Made by a program: the position numbers and the translations under genes. A DNA stretch of 64,000 nucleotides from an uncultured Anaerolineaceae bacterium (GTDB lineage Bacteria > Chloroflexota > Limnocylindria > Limnocylindrales > CSP1-4). This document shows, one piece after another, positions 13,208-22,488 of this stretch. Position 1 is the stretch's first letter; each line of letters begins with the position of its first letter. Location of the stretch: positions 20,358-84,357 of the forward strand of contig CAZFGT010000005.1 in NCBI GenBank assembly GCA_964518505.1. The letters are read 5' to 3'. A model generated the notes under the pieces. The model was not told the origin of the DNA. It saw only the letters and a program-made list of their open reading frames with translations, and ran no database searches.

Positions 13208-13236
13208 GGCAGAGGATAGCGCGGGGGACGAGGCGC

Positions 13237-13731
13237 TCAGACGCGCTTGATGACGACGGTGCCGGCGATCAGGTCGTGCCAGCCGCGCTTGCGGCTGTCG
13301 ATCAGGATCCAGATGAACCCCAGGTAGAAGACGACCCCGTCGATCCAGTAGCCGATGAGCCGCATGACGGCCTGGCCGGAGGAGATGGGGCCGCCATCGC
13401 GATCCCGCACGACGTAGAGCTGGAACTGGCGCATGCCCGGCGTCTGGCCGCGGGTCTTCCAGAAGTAGGGGAAGTAGGCGATGTCGACCACGAAGATGGC
13501 CAGGAAGACGAGGATCAAGGCGAGGATCCCGACGGGGAGGGCCACGATGACGAGAACGAACGCCACCAGGACGAGCACGATGTTCGCCACGAAGACGAGC
13601 AGGCCGTCGATGATGTAGGCCAGCAGCCGCTCGCCGGCGCCGCCGTAGGCGACCCCGGGCGCGGGTCCCACGGGCTCGACGGGGCCGGCCCAGGCGTTGG
13701 GGGGCGTCTGATCGGGCGGTCGTGGTTCCAT
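13237..13731 (-). CDS. RDD family membrane protein
   Basis: 164 aa. Pro-rich N-terminus followed by the RDD-domain pattern (RLLAYIIDGLLV ... WHDLIAGTVVI). Confidence 0.65.
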   Translation of the reverse strand: MEPRPPDQTPPNAWAGPVEPVGPAPGVAYGGAGERLLAYIIDGLLVFVANIVLVLVAFVLVIVALPVGILALILVFLAIFVVDIAYFPYFWKTRGQTPGMRQFQLYVVRDRDGGPISSGQAVMRLIGYWIDGVVFYLGFIWILIDSRKRGWHDLIAGTVVIKRV

Positions 13732-13740
13732 GGGGCCAGT

Positions 13741-15042
13741 CTACGCTCCGATTCGAGCCATCCCCATGCCGTTGCGCAGCACCTCCGGCACGACGACCGA
13801 GCCGTCCGCCTGCTGGTGGACCTCCAGGATCGCCGCCACCGTGCGGGCCAGGGCCAGCCCTGATCCATTGAGCGTGTGGAGGACCTCTGGTCGTGCCCCC
13901 GGCTCCGGCCGCCAGCGGATGTTCATGCGCCGGGCCTGATAGTCGCGGAAGTTGGAGACCGAGCTGACCTCCAGCCAGCGCTCCACGCCGGGCGCCCAGA
14001 CCTCCAGGTCGTACTTCTTGGCCTGCACGAAGCCCATGTCGCCGGTCGCCATCAGCTTCACCCGGTAGGGCAGCTCCAGCCGCTGGAGGACCACCTCCGC
14101 CCGCGCGGTGAGCCATTCCAGCGTGGCGTTGGAGTCCGCCGGGCGCTCGAAGCAGACCATCTCCACCTTGTCGAACTGGTGGACGCGCAGGATGCCGCGG
14201 GTGTCCTTGCCGGCCGCCCCGGCCTCGCGCCGGAAGCACGGCGAATAGGCCACGTAGCGGATGGGCAGCTGGTCCGCCTCGATGATCTCGTCGCGGTGGA
14301 TGTTGGTGACGGGCACTTCGGCGGTCGGCACGAGGTACAGGTCGTCGCGCGTCACGACGTACATGAGGTCTTCCTTGTCGGGGATCTGGCCCGTCCCCCG
14401 AGCCGACGCCTGGTTGACGAGGGCGGGCGGCCAGATCTCGGTCATGCCGTGCTCACGCACATGCAGGCCGACCATGAAATCGATCAGCGCCCGCTGGAGG
14501 GCTGCTCCGGCGGCGCGATAGATGGGGAAGCCCGAGCCGGTCACCTTGGCCCCCGCCTGGAGCGCCAGGATGCCCTGCGCCTCACCGATCTCCCAGTGGG
14601 GCTGCACGACCGAGCCGTCGGCGCGTTGGTGGGGGGCCGGGTCACCCCACGAGCGCACGATGACGCTGGCGTCCTCACCGCCGATGGGGACATCCGGATC
14701 GGCCGGATTGGGGATGCGCAGCAGGAGCTCCTCCAGGTCGTGCTCGGCGGTCGCGATCTGGGTGTCCAGGGCGGCGATCTCGCTGCCGAGCGCGTTCGCT
14801 CGCCGGCGCGTCTCGGCGAGCGTCGGATCGTCCGGCCGCGACCCGCCGCGGATGGCCGCCCCGACCTCCTGGCTGAGGCGGTTGCGCTCGGCCTTTCGCG
14901 CGTCCGCCTCGTTCGTCAGGCGGCGCCGCTCCGCGTCGAGCTGGATAGCCTGATCGACGATGGCCGCATCCTCGCCCTTGTCGAGCGCCCCCTGGCGGAG
15001 GCGCGCGGCGTCCTCGCGAAGCCGCTGCAGACCGACGCTCAT
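13741..15042 (-). CDS. serS: seryl-tRNA synthetase (start trimmed to MSVGLQRL)
   Basis: N-terminal coiled-coil arm, then class II motifs (FRREAGAAGKDTRGILRVHQFDKVE, GSGLALARTVAAILE). GGAG lies 9 nt upstream of the ATG at 15042. The ATG overlaps the stop of the upstream class I LysRS (ATGA). Confidence 0.9.
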   Translation of the reverse strand: MSVGLQRLREDAARLRQGALDKGEDAAIVDQAIQLDAERRRLTNEADARKAERNRLSQEVGAAIRGGSRPDDPTLAETRRRANALGSEIAALDTQIATAEHDLEELLLRIPNPADPDVPIGGEDASVIVRSWGDPAPHQRADGSVVQPHWEIGEAQGILALQAGAKVTGSGFPIYRAAGAALQRALIDFMVGLHVREHGMTEIWPPALVNQASARGTGQIPDKEDLMYVVTRDDLYLVPTAEVPVTNIHRDEIIEADQLPIRYVAYSPCFRREAGAAGKDTRGILRVHQFDKVEMVCFERPADSNATLEWLTARAEVVLQRLELPYRVKLMATGDMGFVQAKKYDLEVWAPGVERWLEVSSVSNFRDYQARRMNIRWRPEPGARPEVLHTLNGSGLALARTVAAILEVHQQADGSVVVPEVLRNGMGMARIGA

Positions 15043-16655
15043 GCCGGTGCTCCGGCCTGGGCGCCGTCGACCGGCCGCCAGCCGGCCGCCTCGCGCAGGC
15101 GGGCCACCACGGCGTCCAGCGGCTGGGCGACCAGCAACCAGCCGGCGCGTGGACCGTTGGGCCGGCCCAGGAACGCGACGTAGACGGCGGCGAAGGCCTT
15201 CCCGGTCGGCAGCGCGCCGTCGTGCGCCACGCGGAAGATGAGGTCCTGCCACGCGTCGCCGGCGGCCGGACGATCCTGCTCGGCGGCCAGAGCCAGGGCG
15301 CCAAGGTAGACCCGCTGGTCGTCGCCGAGCTCGTGCACCTCCGCCGGCAGCTTCGGCTGCACGGCCACCTTGTAGCGGTCGGGTGCCAGACCGGACAGCC
15401 AGGCGCGGGCGACGGCCACGCGCTGTGCCTGGATGGCCCGCTCGGCGTCGTCCAGGGGCGCACCCTTCTCCGCCTCGAGCTGCGCTGACAGGTCCACCCC
15501 GGGCACCTGGACGAGGAGCGCCAGGTGGCGGAAGGCCGGTCGGAAGCGCGCCGCCTCGGCCACCGGATCGGCCTCTGCGTCGACCAGGCTCATGCGAAAG
15601 ATGCGCACCGGGTCGGGTGGCAGCTCGCCGCGCACCTCCCGACCGGCCGCGGCCGCGGCGATGCGGTCGAACTCATCGAACAGGCCGGGGACGGTGTCGC
15701 CCTCCGGGTCGAATTCCAGGTGCTTGCGCGGCTTGTGGCGCAGGAAGAGGAAGCGCAGGAGCTCGGCCGGCAAGAGCTCGGCGATCTCGTGGGCGGCGGC
15801 TCCCGAACCCTTGCTCGTGCTCATCTTCTTGCCCCCGATGGTCAAGAACTCGTAGGGCACGTTGGTCGGTGGTTCGCGCTCGAAGACGCGCCGGCTGATG
15901 GCGTCGGCGCGGTCGCGCGAGCCGCCCTTGGTGGCGAGGTCCTTGCCGCAGCCCTCGATGGTGGCCCCGACCAGGCCCCACCGGGCGGCCCAGTCGACGT
16001 TCCACACCAGCTTGGCCCGGCCACCGAACGGTGAGACGCGGCCGTGGAAGCCGCAGCCGGTGGCCCAGTCGACCAGATCCGCGCGGCACTCGTAGGTCAC
16101 CTCGCGGCCGTCCCACTCGCTGGCGATGGTCGTGCCGCTACGGCCGCAGTTCTCGCAGATGACGCTGATGGGCAGCCAGTGGGCGGGATGGTCGACCGTG
16201 CTGACGGTCCGGTAGATGTCGCGGATGACATCGGCGTGGTCCAGCGCCCGACCGATGTACGGGTCCATGTCGCCGGCCGCATACCGCTCGCTCATCCAGT
16301 AGAGCTCCGGCCGGATGCCCAGGCCCTCGAACGTGCCGAGGAAGAGGCCCACGAAGTGGCGCGCATAGTTGGCCGCGCTGCTGCCGGCCGGGGCGGGGAC
16401 GTGGGCCAGCGGCACACCCATGTAGCGCTCGACAGCGTCAGGCGTCAGGAGCGCCTGGGCGTCCATGGGGTCAAGGTCCTCGACCCCGTAGCGGAACGTG
16501 ACGGGCGTCTCGCGGTCCAGCAGCGCCCGGCGGATCGCGTCGTGCAGCACGACGCCGCGCAGGCTGCCCACATGGACGGTGCCCGACGGCGTCTTGGAGT
16601 CGTTGACGACCTGCGGTCCCTGAGCGTCGGCCGCCAGCTCGTCGGCCCAGTACAC
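15039..16655 (-). CDS. lysK: lysyl-tRNA synthetase, class I (archaeal-type LysRS); start probably the GTG at 16655, with alternative ATG at 16700
   Basis: HIGH-like TPSGTVHVGSLRG and KMSKS-like GKKMSTSKG motifs in a class I LysRS arrangement. The track start at 16700 would overlap greA by 38 bp. A GTG at 16655 has GAGG 8 nt upstream, right after the greA stop. Confidence 0.8.
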   Translation of the reverse strand: MYWADELAADAQGPQVVNDSKTPSGTVHVGSLRGVVLHDAIRRALLDRETPVTFRYGVEDLDPMDAQALLTPDAVERYMGVPLAHVPAPAGSSAANYARHFVGLFLGTFEGLGIRPELYWMSERYAAGDMDPYIGRALDHADVIRDIYRTVSTVDHPAHWLPISVICENCGRSGTTIASEWDGREVTYECRADLVDWATGCGFHGRVSPFGGRAKLVWNVDWAARWGLVGATIEGCGKDLATKGGSRDRADAISRRVFEREPPTNVPYEFLTIGGKKMSTSKGSGAAAHEIAELLPAELLRFLFLRHKPRKHLEFDPEGDTVPGLFDEFDRIAAAAAGREVRGELPPDPVRIFRMSLVDAEADPVAEAARFRPAFRHLALLVQVPGVDLSAQLEAEKGAPLDDAERAIQAQRVAVARAWLSGLAPDRYKVAVQPKLPAEVHELGDDQRVYLGALALAAEQDRPAAGDAWQDLIFRVAHDGALPTGKAFAAVYVAFLGRPNGPRAGWLLVAQPLDAVVARLREAAGWRPVDGAQAGAPA

Positions 16656-16662
16656 GGCCGCC

Positions 16663-17127
16663 TCAGCGGATGGCGACGACGGTGTACGTGGAGTCTCCAC
16701 CGGGCACCGAGATGATCACCTTGTCGCCCTTCCGACGCCCGATGAGGGCCCGTCCGACCGGCGACTCATTGGAGATGCGCCCGTCCCGCGGGGCGGCCTC
16801 GGCCGAGCCGACGATGGTGTACGTCTCCTTGCCGTCGGCCGACTCGACGTCCACCGTCGAGCCGATCTGCACGAAATCGGTCGAATGGTGCTCGTCGATG
16901 ATGATGGCGTTCTTGATGAGGGCCTCCAGGGACTGGACGCGCCCCTCCACGAAGGCCTGCTCGTTCTTGGCGTCCTCGTACTCCGCGTTCTCGCTGAGGT
17001 CGCCGTGCTCCTTGGCGTCGGAGATCCGCGCGGCCACCTCGGGGCGTCGCACGTTCTTGAGCTCCTCGAGCTCGTCGCGCAGCTTGGCCAGGCCATCCCT
17101 GGAGAGGTAGCTGGGCTTGTTGTTCAC
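16663..17127 (-). CDS. greA: transcription elongation factor GreA (GTG start at 17127 after GGAGGGAG)
   Basis: SYLSRDGLAKLRDELEELKNVRRPEVAARISDAKEHGDLSENAEYEDAK, plus the C-terminal FKBP-like domain GSTVDVE...YTIVG. Confidence 0.85.
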   Translation of the reverse strand: MNNKPSYLSRDGLAKLRDELEELKNVRRPEVAARISDAKEHGDLSENAEYEDAKNEQAFVEGRVQSLEALIKNAIIIDEHHSTDFVQIGSTVDVESADGKETYTIVGSAEAAPRDGRISNESPVGRALIGRRKGDKVIISVPGGDSTYTVVAIR

Positions 17128-17314
17128 GAGGGGGCTCCCTCCCGGGTGACGCGGCCAGCGGCCCGACGGCACGGCCGTCACGGCCACGAGGTGGGTCGTG
17201 ATAAGCAGAACGAACCCCCGATCGCGCATGGGTCTGCGCGTGGGAGTTCGACCGTGCGCGGATTGTAGGAGGGACCACCCAGAGCGTCAATCGAACGTGC
17301 ACCAGGCGTCGGCT

Positions 17315-19375
17315 TCAGCTTCCCGGAACGGGTGCCGGGCGACCCAGGAGGTAGCCCTGGCCGAGCGGGATCCCCAGCGCATGCAACACCTTGCGCTCGC
17401 CCGAGGTCTCGATCCCCTCCGCGATCAGGCGGCAGGCCGTGGCGCTCGCGAAATGGTGCAACCCGACGATCATGGCCCGCCGCGCCTCATCCCCATCCAC
17501 CCCCGCCACGAGTGACTGGTCCAGCTTCACGAAGTCCGGACGCAGCTCCAGGATGTGGCGGAGGCTGGCGAAGCCGGCCCCCGCATCGTCGACGGCCAGG
17601 CGTACCTTGGATCCCAGGGCGGTGACCGCGGCGCGGAACGCGATGTAGTCGGCGATCTCCGCGTGCTCGGTGATCTCGAGGACGACGTCGCGCCCGACCT
17701 GGCGCAGAAGCGGGCGCAGGCGCGGGCTCTTCATGATGAGGGCGGGCGAGACGTTCAAGTTCAGCCAGACCCCCTGAGGGAGCGCCGGGGCCGCCGCGAC
17801 CGCTGCCGCGAGGGTGGCCATCTCGAGCTCCAGGCCGACCCCCACCGCCGCCGCGCGGTCGAAGCGGATGTCGGGGGCGACGCCGTCGGCGAACCGGGTG
17901 AGGGCCTCGTAGCCCACGATCGCGTCCGTCTCGAGGTCCACGATCGGTTGGAATACTGGCTGGAAGGCCCGCCGCGCGATGATCGTGTGGATCTCCTCGC
18001 GCGCCCGTCCTACCTCCGTCCGACCGGCCACCTCTCGTCCGATGAGTGCCCCGGTGAGATCGGCGAATTCGACGAGGGCGGCCAGGTTGTCGGTCACGGT
18101 GACCTCGTCGAGGCCCACGTCGGCGTCGATGATGAGCATGCCCACCAGCTGGCCATCGAAGCGCATCGGCGCGGTGGCGACCAGGTGGTCACCCAGGCCG
18201 CTGAGGAGCCGGTTGTAGGGGTGCCACGGGCGGCTGACCCAGGGGTCGATCCAGGGACCCTCGGCGGTTCGATCGTGCAGGTGCTTGCTGCGCTGCAGCG
18301 GCAGCCGCCGCAGGGGCGGGTCGGGCTCCCCGGCGACGGCGAAACCGACGGGCACCGCTCGCCCGTCAAGCTCGAAGATGGCGATCTGGGCCGCCGCCGT
18401 CCCGCTGAGCCGGAGCAGCTGGCGGCAGATCGCCTGCGCCGTCGCCGCGGGATCGTCGCCTGCACTGAGGGTGCGTAAGGTCTCCGCGATCAGGGCGCGC
18501 TCGCGCGCGAGCCTGGCTGATCGGAGTTCGATCGCCCGCTCGCCGGTGACGTCCCGCTTCACCGCCACGTAGCTGGTCACCGTCCCCCCGTCGTCGCGGA
18601 TCGGCGAGATGACGGCCTCCTCGGTGAAGAGCGTGCCGTCCTTGCGCCTGTTGATGAGATCGGCCACCCACGGCACGCCGCTCGTGAGCGCAGCCCACAT
18701 GGCCCGGTAGAACTCGGGGCCATGGACGCCGCTGTTGAGGATCCGTGGATTCGCTCCCAGGACTTCGGCACTCGCATAGCCGGTCACGCGTTCGAAGGCA
18801 GGGTTGACGTAGGTGATGCGGCCGTCGAGGCCGGCGATCATGACCGCTTCGGCCACCTGCTCGACGACGGTCGCCAGACGGTCGCGTTCAGCTTCCACAC
18901 GCACGTGTTCGGTCTGGTCGAAGCCGATGCCTCCCAGGTACCGCGGGCCCTCGGGGCCGCCAAGCGGGAACTTCAACATGAGCATGGCGTGGGGCCCGTC
19001 GGCCATGGGCATGACCTGGTGGAAGACCTGGAGGCCTCCGGACTGCCGTGTGATGGCGTCGTGCTCCAGGACCGACACCGCGACGTCGGCGGGCCAGATC
19101 TGGGCGTCGGTCTTGCCGAGCCAGTCGGTGCCCATGCGGTCGCCGAGCACGCTCAGCAGGTAGGGGTTGGCGTAGACGTACCGACCGTCCGAGTCCTTGA
19201 TGAACGCCACCACGGGCGCATCGGACATCAACCTGGCGAAGCTGCCCTCGCCCGTCGCGGGCGCAACGGGGTGGGCTCGCGGCGACGGCGTGCGCCTGCG
19301 AGGGTGTCGTGCGGGCTGCCCGACGGCACTTGCCGCTCCAGCTTGCCGCACCCTGTCCCTGTTCGTCTGATCCAT
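17315..19375 (-). CDS. PAS-PAS-GAF-EAL signalling protein (c-di-GMP phosphodiesterase type, no GGDEF); start placed at MDQTNRDRV by alignment with the paralog at 36367-38448
   Basis: EAL motifs (YEALTRF, DDAGAGFASL, KLDQSLV, EGIETSGE) and a PAS region (RITYVNPAFERVTGY ... RRKDGTLF). The track ORF (1103 aa) carries a 400+ aa Arg/Pro/Gly-rich N-terminal extension in the same frame that overlaps the neighbouring gene. I judge this extension to be artefact. Confidence 0.75.
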   Translation of the reverse strand: MDQTNRDRVRQAGAASAVGQPARHPRRRTPSPRAHPVAPATGEGSFARLMSDAPVVAFIKDSDGRYVYANPYLLSVLGDRMGTDWLGKTDAQIWPADVAVSVLEHDAITRQSGGLQVFHQVMPMADGPHAMLMLKFPLGGPEGPRYLGGIGFDQTEHVRVEAERDRLATVVEQVAEAVMIAGLDGRITYVNPAFERVTGYASAEVLGANPRILNSGVHGPEFYRAMWAALTSGVPWVADLINRRKDGTLFTEEAVISPIRDDGGTVTSYVAVKRDVTGERAIELRSARLARERALIAETLRTLSAGDDPAATAQAICRQLLRLSGTAAAQIAIFELDGRAVPVGFAVAGEPDPPLRRLPLQRSKHLHDRTAEGPWIDPWVSRPWHPYNRLLSGLGDHLVATAPMRFDGQLVGMLIIDADVGLDEVTVTDNLAALVEFADLTGALIGREVAGRTEVGRAREEIHTIIARRAFQPVFQPIVDLETDAIVGYEALTRFADGVAPDIRFDRAAAVGVGLELEMATLAAAVAAAPALPQGVWLNLNVSPALIMKSPRLRPLLRQVGRDVVLEITEHAEIADYIAFRAAVTALGSKVRLAVDDAGAGFASLRHILELRPDFVKLDQSLVAGVDGDEARRAMIVGLHHFASATACRLIAEGIETSGERKVLHALGIPLGQGYLLGRPAPVPGS

Positions 19376-19539
19376 GGATCTGCGCGCCGCGAACGGGTCG
19401 CGCCTCCTGGAACGCACCGACCTTTCGAAGGGCATGGTCGGCCGCGCTTCACCGGACACGGTACACCCCACCGGCCGCGCAACCGCACCCTTACCGGCAG
19501 CTAGAGGGTCCGCCCGCCGGGGGGGCGGTGCCCGCGCGG

Positions 19540-21102
19540 TCAGCGCGCGATCGCGGGGCGCACCAGGGCGGTCGACGGCACGTCGACGCGGTAGAGCGGG
19601 CGCAGGTACGGCGCGCTGATCCCGCCATACGGAACGTAGATGTCGGCCACGACCGTCAGCTCGTAATGGGCCCGCATGGCCTCCACGCCGGCGTCGAACA
19701 CCTGCAGGACGTAGACCGGCCGCCCGGCCGCGGCGAACGCAAGGGCCTTGTTGGCGTTCTCGGTGAGCGTCACGCCCCTCCCCTTGCCCTCGATCTGCTG
19801 GGCGTACTCGAGGGGGGTGCGCACATCCCACAGGTCGAACAGGACGGCATCGGGCGGCAGGTCGGCCAGGACCGTGTCCACGAACTGCTGGCCCTGGTCG
19901 TTGACGCTCTGGTTGGCGGTCGGGACGGTGTTCACGAACAGGAGGAGCGGCGCGAGGGCGATCAGGCCGATGGCGACGCCTCGTGCCACCTCGAAGGCAT
20001 GCCAGCCCCGCCAGGCGCGCTCCACCCGCGCGACGAAGGCCTCGGCGGCCACGCCCAGGTAGAGGATCATCACCGCCGAGGAGGTGAAGAGGTACTGGTC
20101 GCGGCGGCCGGGATCCTCGTTGTTGTCGATGTAGGCGTGGATCAGCAGGACGGCCAGGAGCACCACCGCGTAGGCCCGGTTCGTCCGCCACAGGACCGCC
20201 AGGCCGAACACCGCAAGGCCGATCGCCAGGATCAGGATGTAGCCGCCCGGTGCCTCGAGCCACACCTGGAGCTGCTGGTAGAACCGCACCGGACCGTCTG
20301 CCGTCAGGCCGGTGGACTGGCCGCCGAACTGGGAGCCCGTGACGTGGGTGATGAGGGCCGACAGGTTGCTCAGGTCCGCGTACATCACGGCCGGCTTGTC
20401 CAGCGAGCGCAGCGGCAGGTACAGGTAGACCGACAGGCCGACGAGGAACTCGAAGACCGCCGGGAGCAGGATCCGCGGCTGGGCCAGGATCGTGCGGCGG
20501 CCAAGCCAGAGGGCGCCCAGGACGATCTCCGGGGCCAGCGTCAGCGTCAGCATATGGTTGCCGAACGAGAGACCAAGCAGCAGGCCGCCCAGCCATAGGT
20601 CGCGCGGTCGCTGCTCCTGCGCCCACACGAGGAGCCGGTGCAGGAGGAGCGCCACGAACAGCAGGTGCAGCGTGTGCACCTCGGCGTGGATCGAGTTGAG
20701 CCAGATGTTGGCGGTGAACCCCAGGGCCAGCGCGACCAGCGCCCCCACCACGGGGCGCACGCCGAGCCGGGCGAGCATGAGGGTGAGGGTGGCCAGCGCG
20801 GCCGCGGTGCAGGCACCGGACAACAGGTTGGCCTTGAAGGCCGGCGAGCCGGCGGGGATGGCACTGACGAGCGCGCCGAGCAGGGTGTAGGTCGGGTACC
20901 CGGTGGGATGCATGATGCCCAGCGTCGCGGGCACGACCTGCGCCTCCGCCCAGTCGCCGAAGCTGACCCCGCGGATGGCGGTGGCGGCGTAGACGGCGAA
21001 GGCGACCGCGCCGACGGCCAGGGCGAAGGCGCCGGCCATGCCGGGGCGCCGGCGCCAGGCGGCCCTCAGGAGATCCCCGGCCGCCCCGCCGACCCCGCCC
21101 AT
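19540..21102 (-). CDS. polytopic membrane protein with C-terminal soluble domain, DUF2723/GT-C glycosyltransferase-like (start uncertain, between 21039 and 21261)
   Basis: About 11 predicted TM helices (GYPTYTLLGALVS ... HLLFVALLLHRLL ...) followed by a 150-aa hydrophilic C-terminal domain. The family assignment comes from architecture and recollection only. Confidence 0.45.
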   Translation of the reverse strand: MGGVGGAAGDLLRAAWRRRPGMAGAFALAVGAVAFAVYAATAIRGVSFGDWAEAQVVPATLGIMHPTGYPTYTLLGALVSAIPAGSPAFKANLLSGACTAAALATLTLMLARLGVRPVVGALVALALGFTANIWLNSIHAEVHTLHLLFVALLLHRLLVWAQEQRPRDLWLGGLLLGLSFGNHMLTLTLAPEIVLGALWLGRRTILAQPRILLPAVFEFLVGLSVYLYLPLRSLDKPAVMYADLSNLSALITHVTGSQFGGQSTGLTADGPVRFYQQLQVWLEAPGGYILILAIGLAVFGLAVLWRTNRAYAVVLLAVLLIHAYIDNNEDPGRRDQYLFTSSAVMILYLGVAAEAFVARVERAWRGWHAFEVARGVAIGLIALAPLLLFVNTVPTANQSVNDQGQQFVDTVLADLPPDAVLFDLWDVRTPLEYAQQIEGKGRGVTLTENANKALAFAAAGRPVYVLQVFDAGVEAMRAHYELTVVADIYVPYGGISAPYLRPLYRVDVPSTALVRPAIAR

Positions 21103-21112
21103 CGACAGGCGC

Positions 21113-21574
21113 TCAGCTGCCGGATGCAAGCCGCCTGAGCCGCTGCTGAAGGAGCTGGCGAGCCGCCCGGTCGCGGCAGGCCACGAAGACCGTGTCATCA
21201 CCGGCGATGGTGCCGACCACCTCAGGCCAGGGCGTTCGATCGAGGGCGTTGGCCAGCGCATGGGCGGAGCCGGGCAGGGTGCGCACCACCAGCAGGAGCC
21301 CGGCCGCCTGGACTTCGAAGGGCAGGTCGCGGACGAGGACCCGCAGGCGCTCCTCTGCCGTGGCTTCGGGGGCCGCGCCGCGGGCGGGCAGCGCGTAGGC
21401 CAGGACGCCCTCGCGGGGCGTCTTGTGCAGGCCGAGCTCGCTGACGTCGCGGCTGATCGTGGCCTGGGTCGCGCGGAAGCCGCGTTCGCGCAGGGCGGCC
21501 GCCAACTCCTGTTGCGTGCGGATGCGCCGGCGCGTGACCAGGTCGCGGATCGCCTGGTGCCGCAGGCCCTTCAT
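21113..21574 (-). CDS. argR: arginine repressor ArgR
   Basis: Winged-helix N-terminus (KGLRHQAIRDLVTRRRIRTQQELAAALRERGFRATQATISRDVSELGL) and the C-terminal oligomerisation domain GTIAGDDTVFV. Confidence 0.8.
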   Translation of the reverse strand: MKGLRHQAIRDLVTRRRIRTQQELAAALRERGFRATQATISRDVSELGLHKTPREGVLAYALPARGAAPEATAEERLRVLVRDLPFEVQAAGLLLVVRTLPGSAHALANALDRTPWPEVVGTIAGDDTVFVACRDRAARQLLQQRLRRLASGS

Positions 21575-21632
21575 GACTTCCACGACGACAGCCTAGCGCG
21601 AGCGGCGCTTGGGCCTCATGCGAAGGGGCGCC

Positions 21633-22463
21633 TCAGCGCGCCAGCAACCACACCACGACGACCGCCGCGGCGATCACGCGGTAGCCCACGAAGACGTCGT
21701 AGCTGTGCCGGCGCAGGTAGCCCAGCATCCACACGATGGCGATGACACCGGCGATGAGGGACGTCGTGAAGCCGACCACCAGCGGGCCCACGTCCGAGCC
21801 GGCCAGCCCGCCACTCAGAAGCTCCCGCCCCTTCCAGATGCCGGCGCCGGCGATGATCGGGACGGCCATCAGGAATGAGAAGCGGGCCGCCGCCTCGCGC
21901 GTCAGGCCCAGGTACAGGCCGCTCGAGATGGTGATTCCCGAGCGCGAGATGCCGGGGAAGAGGGCCAGCGCCTGCGCTGCCCCGATGACGACCGCGTCGC
22001 GGACACCGAGGCCGGCGAGCTGCCGCGACTGGGTGCCGATACGGTCGGCCAGCCACAGGATGGCCGCCCCGGCGAGCATCAGGACGACCAGGAAGGCCGC
22101 GCTGTGCTCCCGGAAGAAGGTGTCGAAGAAGCTCTCGCCGAGCGCGCCGAGCAGGGCCCCGGGGATGATCGTGATGAGCAGCAACCAGGCCAGACGGCGG
22201 TCCGGATCGTCACCGATGCGCCGCTCGGCGAGCGACCGCAGAAAGGCTCGCAGGTAGCGCCACAGGTCGGCCCAGAAGTAGAGCAGCAGGGCCACGAGCG
22301 TGCCCATGTGGAGCATCACGTCGAAGGCGGCTGAGTTGATGAACGGGTCGTTCCAGCCCAGCAACTCGGGCGCGACGATGAGGTGCCACGAAGACGAGAT
22401 GGGCAGGAACTCGGTCAGGCCCTGCACGATGCCCAGCACCGCCGCCTGGATGAGGAGATCCAT
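21633..22463 (-). CDS. uppP: undecaprenyl-diphosphate phosphatase UppP/BacA
   Basis: MDLLIQAAVLGIVQGLTEFLPISSSWHLI ... PGISRSGITISSGL. 276 aa, 8 TM helices. Confidence 0.85.
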   Translation of the reverse strand: MDLLIQAAVLGIVQGLTEFLPISSSWHLIVAPELLGWNDPFINSAAFDVMLHMGTLVALLLYFWADLWRYLRAFLRSLAERRIGDDPDRRLAWLLLITIIPGALLGALGESFFDTFFREHSAAFLVVLMLAGAAILWLADRIGTQSRQLAGLGVRDAVVIGAAQALALFPGISRSGITISSGLYLGLTREAAARFSFLMAVPIIAGAGIWKGRELLSGGLAGSDVGPLVVGFTTSLIAGVIAIVWMLGYLRRHSYDVFVGYRVIAAAVVVVWLLAR

Positions 22464-22488
22464 CGGTATCCCTCTTGGCGGGGCGCGG

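Noticed and set aside
15043-15252. 70-codon N-terminal extension of serS
   Set aside because: The extension is Arg/Gly/Pro-rich with no SerS similarity. The internal ATG at 15042 has a GGAG RBS and overlaps the lysK stop.
19376-20626. N-terminal 400+ codons of the 17315-20626 ORF
   Set aside because: The extension overlaps the DUF2723-like gene in another frame and is Arg/Pro/Gly-rich. The paralog alignment places the real start near 19375.
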